A DNA stretch of 63,970 bases, filler included, from Bipalium vagum (taxonomy: Eukaryota): the NCBI GenBank assembly GCA_037834085.1. It is 3 parts of 3 records of this genome, joined end to end, with 100 filler letters (N's around TTAATTAATTAA, not from the genome) between each part and the next. Parts side by side here need not be neighbours in the genome. Positions count along the whole stretch, not along the records: positions 41,105 to 63,970 come from JBBMKC010215582.1; 2 more parts are not named here. One strand, written 5' to 3'. Numbering within the stretch: the stretch's first letter is position 1; each line of letters starts with the position of its first letter. The translations under genes were made by a program, and so were the position numbers. Below are positions 56,615 through 63,970 of this stretch, piece after piece. The notes below the pieces were generated by a model. That model did not search any database. It saw only the letters and a program-made list of their open reading frames with translations, and was not told the DNA's origin.

Positions 56615-57483
56615 ATTTAAATTGTATATTTAAATAATTATACTTTTAACACACAATACAATTAGCATAAAACTTTCAAATTTACAGCGAATATATTAAA
56701 TTAAATTTAATTGTTTGAAATATTAAAACAAAACCTTATTAATGATAAGTAATTATCAAATTAATTTATCCAAAAAAAATTTTTCAAAACAATAATGCCC
56801 CATGGACAATTATTTCAAGTTTTAGAGTAGTAGAAAATGCTTAAATCATAAGAAATTGTTATTTTTGATTGCTCAAAACTCTTATGTTAATGCTTTTCCG
56901 GAATATGAGATATTAATAAATTTACCGAGATTTTATAATATTGTAAACTTATAGTCGCTGATAAATTATAAATTAATTATTTATTCAAACTTAAGTCATA
57001 ATTAAAAAAATATTCTATAATAACTAAATTGACAATCTTTGAAAATCTATAAACGTAATTACACACAAGTTAAAATTATTTATAACTTTCAAAGTTTCTC
57101 AAAGATACATCTTTGAAAACCCTTATTCCATGTTCTTAATACAAAATGAGTATATAGATAATATGAAAATAAATTCGCAAAACCATTTTTATTAAATATT
57201 AAGTATTTATAAGAGTGATTTTGGTATTTAAACATATAATTCAAAAATTCATAATTTATTTCTAATCAACTTTATTAAATAAAAAAATAATTTCCATCTG
57301 AATCAACAATTTTTTGCGATATGTTAACAAGTTATTTATACCAGTTCAAAATAACGATGGTTCAAAAATCACTTCTTGTCCATTAGGTAAATTGGTAGCT
57401 AATAGACATATCTGTTCGTGGCGGGCGGGTATAATAGCTTGATCCAGCACAATGGCTACATGATCAGCATTTTTACAACTTTT

Positions 57484-57819
57484 TTAGTGTATAAATTTTA
57501 ATTGTTGAGTTACAAAATCAAGGATAAATCCGCGAATTTTTGATAAAATATCCACGCTAATTATACACTCGAGTTCATTATTTTCCATTAACTTCAATAT
57601 ATGATCTATATCGTGACCCATTATTCTAATAATACTTCTGCATGTTCCTAATAAAGGTACTAATTTGCCATCTACTCCTATTACTGATATCGGTGATGTG
57701 TTTACTGCAGCTTGCTCCTCTGCGTTTAAAAATCGAGCGTCAATGAGAGATGTCTGTGCTCTAGTATATACTAGAGCCAGAACTCTATGTTTATTTACTT
57801 TGATCGTAATCATGGGTCG
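57484..57819 (-). pseudogene. Retroviral-type aspartic protease 2 (catalytic motif decayed)
   Basis: RPMITIKVNKHRVLALVYTRAQTSLI...VIGVDG...IISVDIL. YTR differs from DTG by single-base changes (TAT vs GAT, AGA vs GGA). Followed by IIPARHE, typical of the PR-RT linker. Confidence 0.8.
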
Positions 57820-57987
57820 GGTTTCGTTGGTTATGAATGAATTTCTTACGTAATTCACACTAGGTGGTGGTGAATTATTGTCGTTTCTATTTACAGGGTG
57901 ATAATTAAAATCGGAAAATATGTCTATTTGATCAAATAATGAGAGGACTTGTTGCATACTGATTGTGGCATTATATTCGGCTACGGC

Positions 57988-58617
57988 TAGTAGAGTTATA
58001 TTTTCTGTTAATTGCTTGTCTCGAGCCATGTCTAACGCAGTTTGACCGTATATATTTCGGTGAAATAAGTTTACATCAGGCCTTTTAAGCAATATTTTAA
58101 TTATTTCTGTATTTACTTCATGACGGCTTGCAAGATGAAGGGGTGTTTCATCGTTTAAATATTCTCTCTCGTTTACGTCTGCCATAATTTCATTGTCGTA
58201 TCCTCTGAGTTCAATCATTAACTTTACTGCTTCTACAAAATTTGATGACACCGCTAAATGTAGGGATGTTTGAATGTTGTTTCGATATCCTTAGAACATT
58301 TGGGGTAAGTGTTTGCATTGGATTTGTACCATTAAGTATCGCAAGGCATCTATATTGGTGGCCTCTAAAGCATGGTCTATAATTGATTTGCCTGCTTTGT
58401 CCCAGTGATCTATTTTACATCCACTCCCAACTAATTTGATTTTTACATTTAATGAAATATCACATGCAGGTGTTACTAGAAGTGGTGTATGTCCAAAAGT
58501 ATTTTCGAAATTGAGAACCAATCTAAAATTATTTTTTATAATTTAGATTATTTCAAGTGCTCCTGCTGAGTTTCCTTTCAAAATTGCGTTGTGTAATATG
58601 GTATCACCGTACTTATC
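57988..58617 (-). pseudogene. Six ankyrin repeats (IkB/Cactus-like) inside the retroelement polyprotein
   Basis: GDTILHNAI, GHTPLLV, GKSIIDHA, QTSLHLAV, ETPLHLAS and GQTALDMA. Same reading frame as both proteases; two point stops. Confidence 0.85.
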
Positions 58618-58984
58618 AGGAACTGTGAATAAAGCAGATATCTTTCTAGCCATTTCGTTGAAGGTTTCTTCCTTTGTTAAGCCCATTGCAAAATAATGAG
58701 CTATTTTGGACATGTCAGTAAAGAATTGTCTTAGAGCATTTGTGTGCATATTTGAGTTTACTGTGGCGGGCATAGGTGTAACTATCATGACGGGTTTTTC
58801 TATCTGTTGATTAGACTCGTTTAAGGTATTGTTTTCGTTTGTGCGGTTTTCTTCTGCCATTTCCTCTATTGTTTCTTCTCTAATGCCAAGTACCTCCTCA
58901 AATGATTGAATTGAAGATGCACCACTAGATGAAGACCTTTCACTATCGGATTCTTGAGGATTTTCTGTATACATTTTATTTGTT

Positions 58985-59292
58985 CTTAAATTTAGTACCA
59001 AATTGGGAATCCTTTTTAATAAGTCCATGCCTACTACACAACTACTGGAATTTGAGTCAATTAATTATATGGTATGTTCTAATACTTGGTTTAGGAGGTG
59101 TATTGTACAATTTAATGTACCTGTGAGACAATATGGGGTATTTCCTACTTCGTATGCTACCGTAGGGTTATATTCGAGACGCTCTTCCTCTTGTTCTGTT
59201 AAAATTTCCTTGTGTAAGCATCACGTTTGTGAACCCGTATCAATTAATTCTAACATTATATGCTCATTTATCTTCATGACTACATATGGCCT
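58985..59292 (-). pseudogene. Retroviral-type aspartic protease 1
   Basis: RPYVVMKINEHIMLELIDTGSQT*...CVVGMDLL; intact DTG; two in-frame stops. Confidence 0.85.
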
Positions 59293-59739
59293 TTGGTCTC
59301 TTTCTAATCCATCCATCATCATGTATGATGTACGTTGAGGTATTCCTAAACGAAACATAACATCATTTTCTTGAATGGACTTTCGAATTGTTGTTAGTTC
59401 AGATTGGGGATATACAGTTGATCGGTTTGGCAATCTATCTAGGCTGTTGGTTTGGTGTGTCTGAAATTCTATTGTTTAAATTACAGGGGGTGTTTTTGTT
59501 TTCTTGGAAATACTAGTTTTAAATTTATTGTAAACTTGTGAGGTGGTACTATAGACGTCTTTTGGTTCCTCTATATCCTAATTAGGCCAGTAATCTTTGG
59601 GTTCTGTGATTGCGGGCTTTGACAATGTTGATCCATTGTCATCATGGCTATTATTATGCTTCCTATGGTGATGATGCCGGTGCTTTGAAGTTCTGGTAAT
59701 GGGTTTGTATCTATAATGGCATTATTTCCTCAATAAATC

Positions 59740-61520
59740 AATGTCTTTTCGATGTCTTTTGTGCAATTCTCGATTGGCTGTTGGTGAACATATGGCTATA
59801 ATTAATTTCCATGAGCATCCTAGTGCGTGATGTAAACTGCGGCCTGACATAAAGCTGCTACCGATTCCTCTTAGTATTTGGAAAATGAAGTATATACCTG
59901 AAAATCCGGCAACCCATGTGCCAAATGTATTAAAACCTCCTCAAATATACGTGATGACATTTTTTGCTGCATGTATGTAATGGTCTGCTCCGAATAATAG
60001 GTTGTAATCCATTTTCCTTTACCGGGCATTATAAATTTTCGTGATCATTTCTATTATACTTCTCTTTTGTGCCTGAGGAAAGAGTATTACTTTCCTGGCC
60101 TGATCAATGTCTTCGGGAGAATATATTCCTCCTTCATTAATAGAAGACAATGGTGTAAACTCAACCATATTTTGTCTCTATTGTTTGTACTTTTTCTCTT
60201 GGCGGTTTCCTCTCCGGTAAGGCTATCCATTGTTCACCGATCTTATATAAAGGGGATATAATGGGACCACACATGGCTATTTGAGGCTGTACATTTACTT
60301 CTAGTATTATTATAGTTAATGGGGATACAAACCTTAACATCTTTTGATAAATAATAGGTAAGTCACTAGTACATTCGTTAAATTTTCCTAACGGGACATT
60401 TACTTTCTCGTACTTGTACTTGTACAAGGCTTCGCCCATTTTTCGACTGAAAACGCCATCCTGTACTAATAAGGGTGATGTCAATTCGGGATTATTAATG
60501 GCTAAAAGTAACCGATTTTTTAATATTTCACGTCCTAATTTGCAGTCATTTAAAATAGTCTCTTGATATACGTCTTTTAATTGTTCCTGTAAATCGTGAT
60601 GTAGATAGACTATTTTATTATTTAAATACATATTTAGCTTGATATCTGAGCTATCTTTTATACTCTATCCTTAGTGACGTTTCAATATAATAATAATAAC
60701 CTTTATAATTGGTTTCAAATACTGCTACTCCACACTTTACTACTTGTTTCTTAATAATCAATTGGATTATTTCCTTTTTATCCGTTGTTATTAGAACAGT
60801 AGGTGTTTTTGCTTCATCTATGGCAGAACTGCGTCTAGGAGCTGTTCGGTAATTTTCTGGAATTTTTGTGTATTCATTTTGGGTGTAGTTAAGTCGTACA
60901 TCAGTTATTTCTTGAAATTTTGTCAATTTCAGACTTCTCAGGTTACAATGATCTTTATTATTGTCATATAATAGTGTTGCTTCTTTTGTAACATAATATC
61001 CTTTTTACAAATTACAACTGGGTTTCGATAATAGTTGTCCGGTAATGACATCGAATACACCTTCATACATAAGTAGTTCAACTTGATAGTCCTCTATATC
61101 TACATATATCGTTTACATCTTGTCCAGACATCTTTTTCTGTTCTCCTTCGCATTTCCCATTATAATCTATTGATCCCCTTGTAACTATTTGTCTTGTTAT
61201 TGTATTTTCCTTTACCACAATGGCTATTTTGTCATCTATTCTAATTTTATTGAATTGAAAATCATTTTCACATGTTTCGGCTGTTACACGTACTTCTCGG
61301 GGTAATAATTTAGCGGATATTATTGAGTTATGATACGTAATTTCTTGCACCATAGTTTTTGTGGTAGCTACGTTTCGTATGGTTAAATTATCGGGGTATT
61401 TGTAATATATGGTGAAAATCGTTTCTACCTCTGACCATTCTCTCTCTATTTTTTGTAATAACTGAAGCTCTATAGGGGAATTACTCTATGAAATCGTAAG
61501 AAATGTTTCACCTCTTCAAT
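59740..61520 (-). pseudogene. Chuvirus-like envelope glycoprotein (env)
   Basis: Colinear motifs IELQLLQK; GSIDYNGKCEG; YLNNKIVY; CKLGREILKNRLLLA; MGEALY; CTSDLPI; FVSPLT; GGIYSPEDID...ILFP; TM region FGTWVAGFSGIYFIFQILRGIG...LHHALGCSWKLIIAI. These match my recollection of Jingchuvirales G proteins and their retroelement-borne copies. Confidence 0.75.
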
Positions 61521-63185
61521 GTGAATTTCCCGGTTATCCATTGTTGTGCTATTTCGTTAGCATTTCTTACCTCTATTGCTTTATCTGAAATAATAGTGAT
61601 GTGGTTAGATGCCTCTTGTTGAGGTTCGCCTAATCTCTCTACATTCGCATACTTCTCTCTTAATAATGATTCTAGTCTATCAATGTGTGACATGCTTGCT
61701 TCAAGTGTATTATTTATTTCCTTATTATCGTTTACAATATTTATTTTAGGTGTTAGTGCGGGACAACTTCTCTGTAAGTGTCCAAATTTTCCACAAATAA
61801 AACATTTTGTCTTTCCCTCAACATTTACTTGTTGACGTTGGGGTGAGTTGAAATTTATGCTCTGTGGCTGATTAAAATTTATACCTTGAGGTGGGTTAAA
61901 ATTTATACTTCCACACACGTCTTTTACGTGTCCTCTTTTTCCACATTGTAAGCATAATAAATTTTACGCTCTGCATTCATTGGCATTATGATTTTGTCGT
62001 GCACATTTAGTATATTGCTTATTAGCATTATTAATTTCTAATTATTTACTCCCGATACTATTATTATATTCAAATGATTTTCCGTAATTATTATTGTACT
62101 CTAATGGTTTATTATTATATTCAAATGATTTGCTTGCAAAATTATTTCCATTATTATAATTATTTCTATTTGTATATTGATTTACTGGGGTTCTCATTTG
62201 GTTTCGTTGGTTACCTCCATCTAAAACATTATAAGGCTTAGTGGAGTATTCATTTTTTTTGTCATTGGGACATTCTCGGGCTCCATGACCCATTTCATTA
62301 CATTTATAACGTTGTATTTGATTATTACTATTATTTGTTTTAATGGGAGATTTTGGCCTTAATCCGGGGGACTGCGGACTTTTACTTATTACATTTATTG
62401 TTTTCATTTCTACTGCCGTTTTTGCTAATTTTGCCTTTTTTATTAATTGTTCAAACACTTCATCTCTATATAGCATAATAGCTGCTTTGATTTCATATCT
62501 TAAACCTGACCACCATTGGTCTTTTACTATAACTTTGGTATTTTCGTCCCACTTATCTTGTAAACCGAAAGCTCTTTGGGCTACGGTTCTTAAATTATGT
62601 GTATATTCGGATACTGTTTCGTTTAATTTCTGTTTTAAACTATAAAATTGTTGCCTAAATAAATGGCCTGTGTCACCTGTGAAAATTTGTTCTTCTAATG
62701 CTGCTTTTACTGATGCCCAATTGTCATCTTTTCCTTTAGCTACTATATCTAAATAGGCGTCTCTTGCTCTACCTTTTAAATAAGTGGGGAGTCTGTTCAT
62801 CATTACGTTTTCGTTAAAACCATATGCGCGCATTATTATATAATAGTTTGATAGAAGATCAGGTAATTCGGCTGGGTTTCCGCTATAGGTATCCATCTTA
62901 ATATAACCAGTATACGTACTCTATTGTCTTCATGCTCACTTTCGGTCATTTTATTTAATTTATTTTTATTACTTTTTTCTGTAAAATTCGGGCGAGTTTG
63001 AAAACGAGTGATGATAGGTTTTTCAACAATTAAACTTTGCTTTTTGGACTTTTTAACTTTTACTTTTTTAACTTGGCTATCGGATTCGAAATTAACAGTT
63101 GTTACGTTTAGAAAATTATTATTATCTTCAGAATCAAAATTATTATTATTATCAATATGTTTTTGGCCACACCAATAATTTCCAT
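61508..63185 (-). pseudogene. Retrotransposon Gag with four CCHC zinc knuckles
   Basis: Capsid-like LPTYLKGRARDAY...W...LKQKLNETVSEY...GLRYEI. Knuckles (R)YKCNEMGHGAREC, (Y)TKCARQNHNANEC, CLQCGKRGHVKDVC and CFICGKFGHLQRSC. ORFs starting 62896 and 61918 share one frame. Confidence 0.9.
61838..61909 (-). repeat. Three 24-nt tandem repeats in gag, encoding (S/G)INFNxPQ
   Basis: SINFNPPQ GINFNQPQ SINFNSPQ. Confidence 0.85.
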
Positions 63186-63259
63186 AACATGATAGATTTA
63201 TAATTCTATAAGTACTTTGATCCAGTCTTTATTTAACTACCTGAAAGAATATGTTGAAG

Positions 63260-63800
63260 TACATGTTTCCAATCAAAACTTTCCAAAGCATTATATTTTT
63301 AAATGCAGAAAAGGCGATTTTTTTAAGAACATCACTTTTTAAGTAATTTTGAATACAAATCTAAAACATCCGTAAAACATTTTTTTTATATTTAAAAGGA
63401 CCAAACACATCTTAAAAAACAGTCAACCTCATGAACAATTAAGATACTCAAAATACGTATCTTATATTCATACCTTTTTTAATCACCTCTTGGACCCCTC
63501 TTGGTATGCTTTCATAAGGATTTTTAATCTTAGATGCTGAAATCATTGCCCACTGCTCCCCCGAATTCTTCCACAGTGCCTCAATATTTTCCGGCCTATA
63601 CATAGCAACTCTGGATTTCAGATCAGCCCAGAACGACTCAATTATATTCAGATCTGTTAATTAAGCGGGCTAATCACTCAGTAAGCTTAACTTGGAATTT
63701 TTCAAAGTCACCAATCTTGATTTGTGACATGGAGCTCTAGTTGAAATATATTCTGTGCCTCATATAGTCCTCCTCAAGTTTATTGAACACTTGACATTTT
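63260..63800 (-). mobile_element. Tc1 (DD34E) 3' half
   Basis: APCHKS, DLNIIESFWADLK and NPYESIPRGVQEVIK motifs. It abuts the 5' end of the retroelement gag. Confidence 0.8.
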
Positions 63801-63970
63801 GCTTTAAAATGTTTGTTATATAATAGCAATTATAATTGCATCGATATTTATGAAAACATGAATAATAAACTTTAAATATTTTTTAAAAATGTGGTTAAAG
63901 TACTGCGTTGTTTTTATAGTCTAATTAAAAGAAGTAGACATTTTAGTTTTTTAAATATAAATAATTGGTC

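Larger units (their letters stand above)
57300..63240 (-). mobile_element. Decayed LTR-type (Ty3/Gypsy-like) retroelement: gag-env-PR-ANK-PR, truncated before RT; no LTRs visible
   Basis: Colinear minus-strand ORF fragments from 62896 to 57484, separated by point stops or single frameshifts. See the sub-features. Confidence 0.85.

Noticed and set aside
57484-59028. Ankyrin ORFs as an independent host IkB gene
   Set aside because: Intronless, contains in-frame stops, and is fused in frame to retroviral proteases on both sides.
59003-59338. Plus-strand ORFs over the retroelement (also 57665-57853, 60067-60261, 62343-62645)
   Set aside because: Antisense shadows of the minus-strand polyprotein; no motifs.
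1-63970. CRISPR arrays, tRNA/rRNA genes, paired LTRs
   Set aside because: No repeat-spacer array, structured RNA gene or long direct repeat was recognised by eye. A dot-plot and tRNAscan-SE would be needed to exclude them fully.

Overview
AT-rich, intron-containing eukaryotic (invertebrate-like) DNA. A planarian-like source is plausible but not provable. It has many ~50-70 nt introns, (AAT)n microsatellites and two 100-nt scaffold gaps. Two apparently intact host genes could be spliced by hand. (1) A 3-exon + strand gene (13792-24110, 838 aa) encodes a DUF4062 + STAND/NACHT NTPase of the TEP1/NPHP3/NWD type, whose C-terminus is a Cys-rich module with PHF5A/Rds3-like ligand spacing instead of WD40/TPR repeats. 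(2) A 15-exon - strand IRE1 gene (56614-42475, 939 aa) has a 25-residue poly-Asn insert inside the kinase domain. The most unusual object lies just upstream of IRE1 (about 57300-63240, - strand). It is a decayed LTR-type retroelement with the domain order Gag (4 zinc knuckles) - chuvirus-like envelope glycoprotein - aspartic protease 1 - six IkB-like ankyrin repeats - aspartic protease 2, truncated before RT. The rest is mostly decayed Tc1/mariner and hAT DNA transposons. All family assignments are motif recognition by eye, not database searches.
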